A DNA stretch of 64,000 nt from Negaprion brevirostris (GCA_030324005.1 JARDVH010000001.1:92254449-92318448); one strand, 5' to 3'; shown: positions 24,831 through 38,875, counted from the first letter of the stretch. Notes: generated by a model from the sequence alone, not told the origin. Program-made: numbers and translations.

Positions 24831-26055
24831 TGGGATGTGTGAGATGTGCAGCTTGAAGTTACTTAGTGGAAATGTACAATGATCATTTCTTTATTAGGCC
24901 AGAGAAATGTTGGATGATTTGGATGACATTGTTCAGAAATGTATAAAATTTCTTACATGGAATGGTAATTATTCCCTGACAGCTACTGATTGAACCATCT
25001 GAAAAGATGGCGTGTGGAAGTAACAACCTTAATTAAAATTCAATGAGTGACTGAGAACAACATTTGGAGAATGAGCCTAACATTTTGAGGATATTGCTCA
25101 GCCAGTAGAAACGGAGTGGTTTAGGATTCCAAATATCGACACCAATCATCTCACATCATTATCATAATGGGGGTAGGTGTCTTGTGTTGTACTTGCTTAG
25201 AGACATACGCTCATTCTGCTCGTGCATGTTGAAGTACTCGGAGGACTCAGAGCCAGGAAAGACCAAAGGAAAATGGAAGTTAAATTTTCTCTTGCATCTA
25301 ATTGAGCAGGTGGGAATTGTTTCGATCAAAATTAATTTTCTTGAAGCCTTTACTCAGCCCTCAATGAAAACCACTCCAGCTTTCAGCTAATGAGCATGCT
25401 AGTGGGCCCATTGGACTGGACTCTCCCACATAAGGGCCATAAACAATTTCCATATTACATCTATCAATTTTCATTAACATCATCATTTCCTCGACTTATA
25501 AGGTAGAGCATAACAGTAATCCATGAGTCCAGTGTGTATTATCTCTCAACAATAAATTTAAATGGTCAGAAAATGATGTCCAGAGCACACACACATTTCC
25601 AATAATCACTATGCAGCAGAAAAGCCCCTAACATTCTCATTGAATGGAAGACACAAAGTTTGGAACTTTAATCAAACTATGCCATGGACAAAGATGGAAA
25701 TGTAAAATGTCTACCCTGTCACTCTGCAGAATGCCGACATAATTGCACAATTCAAACAAGGAAACAATGTCATCCAAATCATCCAACATTTCTACATTAA
25801 ATTCAATACAAGCTGGGCGTTGCTTCAGAAGATGTGTGCATGTTAGTGCTATGTAGCTAATCTTCACATTTTTCTGGTTACAAGAAATTACAATTTCCTC
25901 CATAGGGCTCACAGCTGCCATCTGATAAGTGTCTTTTGACTCCAGATTGCCATGTTTGATTAGCACTCTTTGGACTATGCTTCATCACTGAAACTCCCTC
26001 CATAATTACTTTGAATATAAGCTGTCAAAGGTAAGAGTTAAAAAGTGAGTCTCAC

Positions 26056-26188
26056 AGTTCTGTCACATCTTTGGGAAGGCCCTTGGGTAAGGCCTTCAGT
26101 CCCTTGTTACTGCAGCGGACCACGGAATCCAGACAAGTGCATTCAGCAGGGCAGCGAGCAAGGGGCGAACAGCTGTTGTCATCATTTC
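26056..26188 (-). CDS. slit2: Slit2 exon 21 equivalent, 133 nt, LRRNT of D4
   Basis: atccag|GA AAT GAT...GAA CT|gtgaga; (G)[43 protein letters not shown](L). Confidence 0.98.
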
Positions 26189-27225
26189 CTGGATTGTGGA
26201 CAGAAGAGATAACTGTGAGGCAAAGTAAACAAGTTATTTCCTTCAATTTGAAGGACAGTTCAAAAGGATAGCAAGACAAGGGCCCTTGTTTGAGGTAATA
26301 GATTCAAGCTGTTCACATTAATTCATGTTGGGGTACAGTAGCATTGTTGTACCGAAATGAAAAGTGCACCAAGATTAAAAATCTTAAAAAGGGAATAATG
26401 GATATCTGGCAGTGATTCACCGCCAGTAATTTAATTGAGTTGTTCAGATGTTTTTTTAGTACATATGGACTGGCTAGCAGTAATTGCAAGGTAGTAATCT
26501 AGTCAAATCGTTCAGATGACATAAGGAAACTTTAATAGTGAAGCTGCGGTGAAATGAAATAATCAGCACCTGGCACCAAGGATAAGATTACTGTCTTATT
26601 CCCATGCAAGTCCACCAGTCTCCAGTTTTAAGTTCATGGTTGTGCCTTGCTTGAACCTCTATGAATGTATCACATTACTCAAACATCTTGATTAAAGTTT
26701 TGTCTAAGTTTAAATAATACAAATTGCAAAATACATTCATATGATACACAACCACTTAATGCATTTATATGAAAATACTCAGCCTGCTATTTCAACATTA
26801 CTCATTGTTCACCCTCTGGAATAATATACATTGGTGGTGGGGAGAAACCACATTAAAAAAAATCATTGAGGTAAAGGGCGCCTTCAGTAGAATCCCTCAG
26901 AAATTGAAGTAAGATCCTCAATTTTATCGAAACAAAGGAATGACCATTTCCTGTCATGGTCAACCTGTCCTTTCCCCTGCTCTGGTACGTAAAATGTCAA
27001 TAATTAATCTTGCAGTGACATGTGCACTCAGCACCATAAAAAGGACATGGTAAATTTAAGGTAAGCTTATTACATCTGTTTTTGTTCTAAATTACTAATT
27101 TACAACAAGAATATCACTGGCACCGCTGAGTTTTCCAATGGAAATCTAACATATTTGGAAGATGCACACACCCAATGGTTGCCAGAACAGACTCTCTTAG
27201 AGATATTTTACACATTGCAAACTTT

Positions 27226-27512
27226 GGCACAGTGAATGGTGGCACAGTGGTTAGCACTGCTGCGTCACAGCGCCAGGGACCCAAGTTCGAATCCTGGTTT
27301 GGTTTGAGTGGACTTTGCACATTCTCTCAGTGTCTGCATGGTTTCCTCCAGGTACTCCGGTTTCCTCTCATAGTCCTGGTTGGGTGCATTGGCCATGCTA
27401 AATTCTTGCTCAGTTTACCCAAACAGGTGCCGGAGTGTGGCGACTAGGGGATTTTCACAGTAACTTCATTGCAGTGTTAATGTTAGCCTACTTGTGACAA
27501 ATAAATAAACAA
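27226..27512 (+). mobile_element. V-SINE (HE1-type head, non-CR1 tail)
   Basis: ggtggcacagtggttagcactgctgcgtcacagcgccagggacc...ggcgactaggggattttcacagtaacttcattgcagtgttaatg...aataaataaac. Confidence 0.9.
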
Positions 27513-28885
27513 ATAATCATACCTGTACCTGCAGAGAGTGGTAGCCAGACCGTGTTCTGACAGATGTTTAGTGTTTTACTGATTCTGCTGATGATGTCAT
27601 GAACTATGGGAATGCCCAATCAATTTTAATGCTGGATGCTCCTTCAGCAGCACCTCAAGCACAGTGTGCCCAAATTTCAGTGACAACGGAAGGAACCAAT
27701 TCAAGGGTTACCAAATGTCAAGCTTATCTAACAAAGCACACCTTGCAAGATGGTGCACTACCATGCATTTCTGAAGATCATGGCATGACTACCTAAGAAT
27801 GGCTAGAGGGAACTGTATTCAGCAAGTATAGAGTTCCATTATCTGCTGCAAATTTACCTGCAGATACTGTACAAAATGAGGTTGGCACATTCAAATAAAT
27901 TCTGAAACTTAATTCATTGCAGACATGCTATAATGCAGACAGATGCGTTTGGTGCCAGGGATCAGCGCATTGGGCAACCACCCTCACAACAATATGGTCA
28001 CACAAAGTCACGATCTGCTAAGTGTGCTCCCAAAACTAGACTGAAACTGCAGTTGTGGTTCTGCTGATGACCCGACCATATAAAATTGGAGAAAACACAT
28101 TTCCATTCCAAACAATTTGAACCATGCCAATTAATGTTCTGAAACAAACTGTGCCAGCAGTAGAAAATAGAAAACTGAGCAAGATTTTCATAGCATAGCG
28201 ATAGTTAGTATTGCACCAGCTTTCATTTCATCAGCTTGACAACAACTTCACTGACATTAACTGAAGCTTGGGGGGGCGGCGGCGGCGGCGGAAAGGATTA
28301 AATAACATTGACGTTTTGGAGTACAGTCCCCAATATGAACAGCGGTGCATGCTTGAAAATCAATTGCCTGTTGAGTTACAATTTGTGTCAGGAAGTGATT
28401 AGCAAGCTTTCAATCCAAATGCTCAATGTATTTCTTCCTGGAACAGGTATTCCAGCTGCACCTGCAATGATTTCTACAGTCCATCACTGAATGTAGGTCT
28501 ATGAGATTCACTCTGCAGATTAGACTGGAATTGGCTCAGGTTCAGCTGCATTAGGAAGTAATACAAATAGAGCAGAAGGACTGACAGCTTGAAAACTGTT
28601 CCCTGACAGAAACTTCACTGTTCTCGGAGGGAGAAAAAATGTGTTTTCAAACATTTGTCATTGAGAAGAGAAACTCTTGCTGTTGCAGCTGACAACTAGA
28701 ATGCAAAAACATTTAAAAACACTTTTGTTTCGACAAAGCAAGATAACTCTGGCACAAGACAGGAATGTGAGACTTATGATATTGCTCAAAACTTTAAGTT
28801 TGAACCACAATTAAAAGCAATGCATGCTCAAGTTTCCTATAGGCATCATAACAGGAATGCAAAGACAGGAAGTTACTCAATCAGG

Positions 28886-29205
28886 GCTACACAATGGCAC
28901 ATTGGTTAGCCCTGCTACCTCACAGCACCCAGGACCTGGGTTGAAATCAGGCCTCAGATGACTGACTGTGTGGAGCTTGCTCGTTCGCCCAGTGTCCCTG
29001 TGGGTTTCTTTCAGAAGTTCCAGTTTCCTCTAACACTCCAAAGATATGTGGGTTAGGTTGATTGGCCATATTAAATTGCTCCTTGGCGTCAGGGGGATTA
29101 GCAAGGTAAATACGTGTGGTTATGGGGAAAGAACATGGGTGGGATTTTTGTTGGTGCAAGCTTGATGGGCAAAATGGCCTTCTTCTGCACTGTCAGGATT
29201 CTATA
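28886..29205 (+). mobile_element. HE1-type V-SINE (diverged)
   Basis: Same head, V-domain and tail order as 7601-7925. Confidence 0.85.
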
Positions 29206-32200
29206 ATTCATATGCAGAAAATATGGCAAAAACAGGAAATGCTGGGTCTTTACAACAAGTCCAATTAGCATCTTGAAATATAAATTACAAATTCATTCTT
29301 TGGGCCGAGACTTAAGGTCAAAACAGTAGAGCTCTCACAAGAATGTATTCTTTAATCAGGTCATCTTGCCATTCTCAGGATCACAAAGATGGAAATTCAA
29401 GCAGGGTGGGCCTGTGTTTCTAACTTGAGGCTTTTACAAAAATCGATCCCTATTAGATATGTCAAATTGGGAAGTCAACCCTTGCTCACCCATCATTCTT
29501 CCTCATGGAAGTTGACAGATGTACAGCAATGGAGAAGGCCATCATATCTGTGTTGACTTTTTGAAAGAGCTATCAGATTTAGTCCTATTCACATGCACTC
29601 TCTCAATTACCCTGTGTTTTTTTCTCTTTTTCAAGTGTACATTACTGTCTCTTTAGAAAGTTACTTCTGAATCTAATTCCACCATTCTTTCAGGCAGAGT
29701 GTTCCACAACCTAGTAATTTTTTAAGTTAAAAAAAACTCATCTTCCCCAGTTGAATATTTATTTTAATTTGTTTCCATCCCTAGCATATAATTGGTGCTG
29801 GTGTGGTAGTTCTCTCAGAAAGCCAGGGTTGCTGCGGAAAAATGAACTTTCACATGCATGTTGCAGTCTGGAACTATGTATAGCAGTAGTAAAGGCTCCA
29901 ACATCCTTTTCATCCGATAGACGGACCTCCCCCACTCTTACCACCTGCCATTGACATGTGTTGGAAAGCTATGCAGACTTATAATCAACCTCTTTGGCTT
30001 TGTTACGAACATTCCTTCCTTGGCCATCATGTCCTGTGGTGGGGTTCATGCCTGGAGTTTCTAACCCAGAAGCAGTATGCTACACACTGCACCATGAAAC
30101 CTCCTTATAATCTGAACTATTTCTACATGCAGGTTATTTACATGATGAAACTGCCATTACATTAAAGGAGCATTGCTTACACCTCGTATTTCCTTTATTT
30201 TTTTCTGGACTTCTTATGCCAGTGTTGATGCAATAACCATTAATATCTCAGAGACTTTCACAATTCAGGAGGGGGAAATAACTGCAGGAAACCCCAGAAG
30301 AGAGCCAACTCTTTTTTCCTAAATGGTTAGCTTGCGATATCATTATTAACATCAACAGAAAGTTGGCAAAATGAATATAGGATTGTGTCAATGAATTCAG
30401 GATCAAAACACAGTGAATGAGACACACACAATTGTGCTGTACCATCTGTCACAACGCTGAGTAATTTTCAGTGCATTCTATAGCAGCAGCAGTCACCTCA
30501 GAAAGAGTTTGTGCATTTTGCGGATTCTTGAAACTCAGTGACTGTGGGAAGCTAGAGATTGAGGGCAAGGGTTTGGGGTGGTTACAAGGAGTAGGGATAC
30601 AGCAGAAAAAGTAGAAATGGAAAGGCCAGCAATGGAACAATGCCACCATGGGATGGCAGCAGAGGGTGAAACATAGGGGTAGAAATGAAAGAGGGTGCTC
30701 TTGGTGACATACTGGAGGTGAAGGGGCAGGGAGGGAGTGGGGGAAATGGGGAGTGGTGTTAACCTGACCAATTAGTGGAAAACCAGCAGGCTCAGGTAGA
30801 AGTAGAGTTACGCCCCTTTTCAATAACTCTCGGTAGAAGTTGCTTGGGGGAGAATGACGTGGGAAGAAATATGATTAACAAAGGGATTTTCAACAGAATT
30901 GAAGGCTTAATAGGAAAGTGTTAAAAGCAGTGTTACATTTCAGGATATGTAAGCACATACAAAATTTATATAGTTGGACATCTCAATTGCTTTAAGCAAT
31001 GGGCTTTGGATTTTGAAGCCAATAGTGGTCAGATGGATGCAGAGATTCCTGCCAGTATGGGGGTTCCTCGTTGGTTGGGTAAGCTCTGCTGGCCTCGATG
31101 GGTGGAATACTGCACAGAGCAAAGATTAGTCTGTCAAAGGAAGGAATGGTGGAAAAGAGGGCAAACTGGCTGAGGTGAACTCCTCAGCTTGCATCATGCC
31201 TTGTGCCAACTGATGCAATGCAAGCCTCCAGGCACAAGGGGGTAGATTTACAATTGGTTTCGTTGTGAAGAGAAACAACAGCTAAAGTACTTCTTAATTA
31301 AACAGTGACTACTGTCAAAGTGGAAGAAACAGATGGTCCAAATTCTTTTGAGTCTCTGACCACCCGGTATGAAACCATGTGTTTCTGCCCATCTCACAGC
31401 ATTACTCCCACAAAACAGATGCCCAGTAATGGAAAATTGCACTTTGAATTAGTCATCCACACTCCAGATGTGTTTTGCATACATGTATTTTCTACAAATC
31501 GATTCTCCATGGCCCTTGGAGCAAATACTATTATCATGTTATCCTGGAGGGAAAACTGTGGCACAGTGTCAAAGCACAGTCGCAAACTGCACCCAATGTT
31601 TTATTCATGGCACTGAATTAATGCAGGTCGATGCCCAAGATAAGCTTTCCAGGAAATCACAACACTAAATACACACATCGACATGCATGAGCAGTGTGTG
31701 ACAGGAAACACAGGCATGAATAAACAGTTACACAGCTCTGCAGATTGCTCACGGACATCGCGCTCCACATGAGACACACGTTATGCATTATAAACAAGTT
31801 ACCCACATAAATACAAAACTCTCAATTCACAGTGAAATACTTTGGTGTTATTTCCATACAGTATTTATTTGGATAGAATCCTTTTTCTGGTCAATGATTA
31901 ATTACAGCAGTTGCACTCTGCCTATCACATAATGAATCAGCATTCATATTTGAAATCATTTAAATGCTGTACTTTGCAGACTACAAAATGTAACTGTATT
32001 TCTAAAAACAGTTTAGAGGCATATGCAATATGTTGTTAAGTGCAATAGACTTAGGTTAGAAACTGCTCTGTAAAAAGCTGTTGCATTCTGAAAGTTTAGC
32101 CTCCCAGTAAAAAAAAACTTCCAGTACAATATAACCACAACATTTTAAAAATTAAAGATGAGATCACTGCTGCTGCCTCAAATTAACTCACTATTATAGG

Positions 32201-32349
32201 TCCAAGTTCCAAATTACATTGAATTGTATGCCTTGTGATGAACTTCTTGCATAACTAGCAGGACTGATATAACCAATCATCTTCCACTTCACATACAGTT
32301 AAATCTTGTGTTAGGCTAAATGCAGTCATAGGAAAAGAACAGGGCTCAC

Positions 32350-32516
32350 CATCATCACATGTGAAGTCCTGGATTGCTACATCCTGGATCGGAATTTCCT
32401 TCAAGAAATAGGGCTTCTGACAGCGAGGGTTTCCAGTGACTATGCGTTTCTTTCTCAACCACTCACCCAACCAGGCCAGATGACAATTGCAGTTAAAGGG
32501 ATTGGCCAGCAGATTT
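32350..32516 (-). CDS. slit2: Slit2 exon 20 equivalent, 167 nt, LRRCT of D3
   Basis: cttcag|A AAT CTG...GAT GAT G|gtgagc; [55 protein letters not shown]. Confidence 0.98.
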
Positions 32517-33019
32517 CTGAAGAGACCAGGAAAGGATTAATCACAGCGAAAATGACCTTAGTTTCAGTGTAACCCATTACAAGTCAACACATAATTAGCA
32601 ACAATACTTTTCTAGAAGTATGGCTTTTGGTATAGCTTTGCCTAAAATCTTGTTTAGTTTACAGCAACAAATGTGCACTAAATTTTATTTCAATTATTAT
32701 ACAAATGACACAAAAGCACTGTTGACATTTAGTTAAACCGCCCTATATGGAGTTACTATTAATGGTGTAGTGAGCAATAAATGAAATCAGGTTGGAAATG
32801 ACCAAAATGGTTTAATTCTCAATATTTTTCTTGTTCTCCAGTATGACCATATTGTTGGCATCTTGTAATCTGACACAGCCCATGGTTTATAGAATAAGGT
32901 CTAGTATAAATAAATGCAGGTGACACTGAAGTCTGCATCAGGGTTGATCACAATGAATTGAAGTACCAGCATTACCATTGAGGAGGTCTCTACTTTTCCA
33001 TTTACTTTGCATTACAAGA

Positions 33020-34270
33020 AACCTTGGATATGGCCAAAGCGCACAATAGACTGAGTACAAAATAAACTGCAGAGGATGAAAACAGTTGACGAAAAGTCAA
33101 GGTCACTCAGGAAACAATGATTAAGTGACACGGTTGCTCTGAAGTTTAGAGGCTTGCAGATTGCAGGAGGAAGGGAAATTACTGAGGGAAGGATTTCCAA
33201 TTTTTATGGTCCCGGAATGAATGAACCAGTTAAATGGAAAGTGGATCAAGATTTGAAAACTGTAAAGGTAAAAGGCCTGACAGAAGTTGGAGTTTAGAGC
33301 CAAGGTGATTCAGATGATGAGTTTTGTTCTGATGTCCTGGAGTGTGAAAAGTGCTAGAAATGTATCCCAGATGAAGAACCAATATTAAAGACTCAGATGG
33401 GCTTGGGCTTTATAGCACATAGGGACACAGAACAGGTTTAAGGAGCTAAATTGTCATTTGTTTCTGTCATTCAGTGGAATCATGACTGACATTTGATCTA
33501 ACTCCATTTACCTGCTTTTGTCCCATATCCCTTAATACATTTGGTTAACAAAATATTAGCAATTTCAGATTTTACATTAATAATTTATCTAGTGTCAGGT
33601 GCTACTTGTTCCAAGCTTTTGCCACCCACATTGTGCAGGACAGTTTCCTAACGTCCCTCCTCAAAGAACTCTAAAGAAGAGTCATTAGGACTCAAAATGT
33701 TAACCCTGTTTCTCTCGCGACAAATGCTGCCAGATCTGCTGAGTATTTCCAGCATTGTCTGTTATTATTTCACTCCTGAAAGGCTGAATCAAATTTTTAG
33801 ACTATGCCCTCTTGTCCTGAACTTAGCAATGGGCAGAAGTAGTTTCTCTTTACCTATCTGATCTGTCCTCCAAAACTTCAATTAAATCACCCCTTAGCCA
33901 TCTAAATTTCAGAGAATACAGTCCACGTTGTGCAATCTCATCTTGTAATTTACTGCTTTAAATCCAGATATCATTCTGGTAAATTTACACTGCACTCGCA
34001 GTCTAACCATGGCTTTGCACAGTTGCAACATAACTTTAACCACCTTGTATTCCAACTCTCTAGTTATAAAGACCAACATTTCATGAATTATTTTCTGTAA
34101 CCTGTCCATGATGCTTTATAGAATCATAGAGCTTTAAAGCACAGAAAGGGGCCTTTGGCCCATCTTGTCTGTGACCACCATCAAGCACGTATTATAATAC
34201 CATTTTCCAGCACTTGGTATATAGATGTGTAGGCTATGGCATTTCAAGTGCTCATCTAAATACTTCTTTA
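33020..34270 (-). mobile_element. L2-like (33020-33350) and CR1 (33420-34270) relics, with a Penelope-type terminal fragment at 33668-33770
   Basis: Minus ORF ...FITRELEYKVVKVMLQLCKAMVRL... resembles CR1 ORF2 FISRGIEYKSREVMLQLYKTLVRP; internal cagatctgctgagtatttccagcatt segment. Confidence 0.75.
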
Positions 34271-35353
34271 ATTATTAATACTTGTGGGCTCTCATGTTTC
34301 TTTTAAATTCTATTGTTTCTCACTTTTCACCATTTAGGAAATATACGGTTCTAACCTTTTAGTTTTCAGGAATGAGTTTGAATGTTATCAACCCAACATC
34401 TGATGGATATGGGCTCATACAACTCAAAACTGCTCCTCAGAAGCTGCTGCGATAAATGGAAAGAGTTGAGAGGAAATCTTTTCCTGTGATTGGGGTGAAG
34501 GTGCATCATATAGCAGCAGGCAGCGTGCTATATACCTGATCAAGGTGTTCAGTGCTGGTGCTAGTTGCCCAATATGGAAAATTGCTTCATTCACTCATCT
34601 TAATTAAGACAAAAATCAAAACACTTTGGCATGAGAAAAGCTTGGGGGCTTTTGAAGGAAAACATTTGAAGGAGAAGATTTGAACTGAGCATTGTACTGA
34701 TCATTATGCAATCGTGGAATCACACAGCAACAGCTGCCAAGGTGAGCTTTGCCGGGATGAATGCTCTTTATAGTCCCAAACACTTATTGCGCTTCTCTGA
34801 CATGTTCTGGGTTTGAAATAAACCATGCAATCCAGAACACAATGCATTATTGGTCGCAGCTCACTTAGCTGTAATTTAAATTGTCAATGAGCTTTTAGCA
34901 CATGGTCAAACTGTGCTGAACTAATAAATAGGTAATTCAATCCAAAGATGAAAAGGGGAAGCTGCAGCAACTTACTCTCAGATTGGATCTTGACTTTACA
35001 AAGGCCATTTCGTTAACATGCCAATTTCAGACCCCCATCACTTACTTGCACAAACAAATAGGTTTCCCTTTGGAGCTGACAGCTGCACTGATTATACTGA
35101 TTACATGTCACTTACAAAAAATGAATTTCCTACTGAGAGTTCCTTTGCCCTCGATAACCAATCAACCCTCAGCCAGAAAATCTATAGACATGAATAAACA
35201 TAAAGAGTGCTTGTATTCTTGTGTAAAATTAGATGACAGGTTAAAATGCTTTGGCCTACATGCAAAGAACACAAGTCATCAATACTAAAATTGAAATCCC
35301 AGTTTGCTGAACTATCCATTTGTAGGCTCTTCATCTATCTCTTAACAACTTAC

Positions 35354-35497
35354 AGCGTGGATAGAGAATGGAGAGTGTCAAAAGCTCCTGGAGAAATGGT
35401 AGTTATCTGATTGTCGTAGAGTGAGAGCAGACGAACAGAACTGAGGCCTGTGAACGTGTTATTGCTGACGCAACTAATCTTATTGCTCCTCAGCATC
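35354..35497 (-). CDS. slit2: Slit2 exon 19 equivalent, 144 nt, two LRRs
   Basis: ctgtag|G ATG CTG AGG...ACG CT|gtaagt; [47 protein letters not shown](L). Confidence 0.97.
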
Positions 35498-36589
35498 CTA
35501 CAGGGTAGAAAACAGAAACATGGTCAGGGGTAGCCATCCATAATCCATCCAGTTGACACACAGAGACAAACTCTTGTCTAAAATTGTAATTCTTCACAGT
35601 CAGAAAGTAAATACTGTGTAAAGAAAAGCACCGCTTTAAGATTTGACGATTTAAGATTGGTTACAAAATGTCTATGGGTACTTAGAAATAGAGGGAGGAG
35701 CCTCTGTCACTCTAATTATACTGATGACATTGTACTAAGATAAATTGCCACATAGACTGAAAGCACTTTACTTTCGATGGAAATGAATAGACCACAGGAT
35801 CTTATAAATATCTGAAACATTCAGGAGCAGCTGAGTGTGCTGGATTATAAGAGCAAAGTAACTTCATGGTATTATCTGTGGAATAAAAAAAAAGCTTGTG
35901 CTTTGGAATTGACTCATATCCTAAAGCACTTATGGCCCATTTGAGACAGAAACACACTTTTATACTTAAATACTTAAATTAAACAAAACAAGTGATGCTT
36001 CAATATGGCAACTGTGTTTCTTAATGCTGATCCCTTCCTATTCTGCAGATGTAATAATAATTCAAACAGCTCTCATTGCGAAAGTCTGGTCCTTCATCAG
36101 CATGTAGGTCCCAAAGCTTTTTATACATACTCTGACCTTTAGCTTGCTATCTCTGGGCTCAACCAGAGGCATCTTTCTGGCTGGAAGGATAACAGATTAA
36201 TGGCCATGACATTTGTAAATCCAGTATTCATTTTCACAGATTAGATATGTTGAAAAACTCATCCTTTGGTACAGCAGAAGCAAAAATTGTTCAGCAAACT
36301 ATCCATGTCTATCCATGCCTTCATATCACAATACATAACTTGGCATAACTTTGTTCAGTCCTGATGACAGAATAATTCTTAACTGATCATTTCGCCCCCA
36401 GTTTTCTCTATTCTTCTCCAATGAAGAAAATACAGATTGTCATCCCTCCAATGATAACTGTTCACAAAAACTATGACAAGAAAGCCACGGGCATCAGGTG
36501 GATGGGGACTCCATTGCCTCCAAATTCCCCTCTAGGTCACATACCACCCTGACTTGGAGGTGTATCGCAATCCTTCACTGCCTTAGGCT

Positions 36590-36850
36590 CTTGTCGGAAA
36601 ATCTAAGACAGGTGTCATATTCTCAGAGTTAGGGGTCACCCATACAGAGATGAAGAGGAATTTCTTCTTTCAGAGGGTAGTGAATTCTTCACCACAGAGG
36701 GTTGTAGAGGTTGGGTCATTAAGAATGTTCAAGGCTGAGACAGACAAGATATTTAATCAGTAAGGGAATCAAGGGTTATGGTGATAAGGCGAGAAAGTGG
36801 AGTTGAGGATTATCATATCAGATCAGTCATGATCTCATTGAATGGTAGAG
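36590..36850 (+). mobile_element. CR1 LINE 3' end
   Basis: gagatgaagaggaatttcttc...cagatcagtcatgatctcattgaatgg. Confidence 0.85.
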
Positions 36851-36880
36851 AAGTCAGCCCCTGCCTTTTCCATTGAAGAT

Positions 36881-37977
36881 GATGTGGAGATGCCGGTGTT
36901 GGATTGGGGTAAACACAGTAAGAAGTCTCACAACACCAGGTTAAAGTCCAACAGGTTTATTTGGTAGTAAACGCCACTAGCNNNNNNNNNNNNNNNNNNN
37001 NNNNNNNNNNNNNNNNNNNNNNNNNNNNNNNNNNNNNNNNNNNNNNNNNNNNNNNNNNNNNNNNNNNNNNNNNNNNNNNNNNNNNNNNNNNNNNNNNNNN
37101 NNNNNNNNNNNNNNNNNNNNNNNNNNNNNNNNNNNNNNNNNNNNNNNNNNNNNNNNNNNNNNNNNNNNNNNNNNNNNNNNNNNNNNNNNNNNNNNNNNNN
37201 NNNNNNNNNNNNNNNNNNNNNNNNNNNNNNNNNNNNNNNNNNNNNNNNNNNNNNNNNNNNNNNNNNNNNNNNNNNNNNNNNNNNNNNNNNNNNNNNNNNN
37301 NNNNNNNNNNNNNNNNNNNNNNNNNNNNNNNNNNNNNNNNNNNNNNNNNNNNNNNNNNNNNNNNNNNNNNNNNNNNNNNNNNNNNNNNNNNNNNNNNNNN
37401 NNNNNNNNNNNNNNNNNNNNNNNNNNNNNNNNNNNNNNNNNNNNNNNNNNNNNNNNNNNNNNNNNNNNNNNNNNNNNNNNNNNNNNNNNNNNNNNNNNNN
37501 NNNNNNNNNNNNNNNNNNNNNNNNNNNNNNNNNNNNNNNNNNNNNNNNNNNNNNNNNNNNNNNNNNNNNNNNNNNNNNNNNNNNNNNNNNNNNNNNNNNN
37601 NNNNNNNNNNNNNNNNNNNNNNNNNNNNNNNNNNNNNNNNNNNNNNNNNNNNNNNNNNNNNNNNNNNNNNNNNNNNNNNNNNNNNNNNNNNNNNNNNNNN
37701 NNTCTCACTTACTGTCCTGTCTGGAGACAATACACATCTCTTTAACCTATGCTTAATGCTATCTCTACTCACATTGTCTACACCTTTAAGACTTAATTAG
37801 GTGTAAAGACTCGCATTCTAATCAGTATTCTGTAAACTGTGTGTGCCTTTATATGCCGTGTTTGTGATCAGAACTCTCCACTTACCTGTCGAAGGAGCAG
37901 TGCTCTGAAAGCTAGTGACGTTTACTATCAAATAAACCTGTTGGACTTTAACCTGGTGTTGTGAGACTTTTTACTGT
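36881..37977. mobile_element. Penelope-like element (family B) with inverted termini and a degenerate hammerhead; centre in a 720-N gap
   Basis: 36916-36981 is the reverse complement of 37911-37977; ttac-CTGTCGA-a-GGAGC-agt-GCTCT-GAAA-gcta-gtga at 37882-37918. Confidence 0.75.
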
Positions 37978-38489
37978 TTTCAATTTCTATTTTCATCACC
38001 TGTGGTGTCTCCCTTCCTGCGATCACTATCCCACTCCATTTGTCTCTCTATTAGGGCTCGATTGATGATCCATGATGTAGGCCCCAGTGCTGTACTGCCC
38101 ATTACAGAGCTAGCACTGATTGGTGGTAGCTCGCGGGTATGGAATATTCACGTCCATGCTAGGTGGTTATGATGATTTTATGTCCCCAGAGGAGCAGCAA
38201 GCCTCATAGATACAGGTCCTGCTACCAATTAGGCACTTTATTCTGTAGGGATTCCTGGAGATGGGGTTGGCAGAAGTGCCACCGGTTTTGACTTTGGAGG
38301 TTGGGACCCCCGCCGCCCATGTTAATTTCTGTTCAATTATGTGAATCCTGTCAAAAATGCACCACTCAAAAATACATCTGATCTCACTGGGCTTAAAATA
38401 ATACATGGCTCTTCGCTCCCCTCTCACAATAAAAATGTCATCAGTTTTTTTGCAAAACAACATAAAAATTCACAATGACTTATTCCTTT

Positions 38490-38875
38490 AGAAAGAGAGA
38501 ACTTGCATTTATGCAGTCTCTCACCATGTCCCCAGGATTACAATATCTTGGTTATTTCTGAAGCGCAGTTATGCAGGCAACTATCTCTGCGCACAGCAAG
38601 GTACCTTAAGTAGTAAAGGATAGGAGACCAATTAATCTGTATTGATGAAGTAAGCAATGTTAGCTGGAACATTAGGTATAGTCACCACTTGCATTTAAAT
38701 ATCTTTTGCATTTGGATTTTTTTCACCAACCTAAACAACCACACAAGGTTCCAAGTTTAATAATACCTTGAAGTGCAGCTTTCCCTCATAACTGCACTGA
38801 AATATGAGCATAGCTGAGCTTAAATACTCAACTTTATGATTCAGAGGTAATGGTGCAACCAAGTGATCCAGGATT
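38490..38875 (-). mobile_element. Deu-domain SINE relic (SacSINE1/AmnSINE-like)
   Basis: Reverse-complement similarity to 51355-51735 (acttgcatttat tail; gcacagcaagg; tgattcagagg head). Confidence 0.65.
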
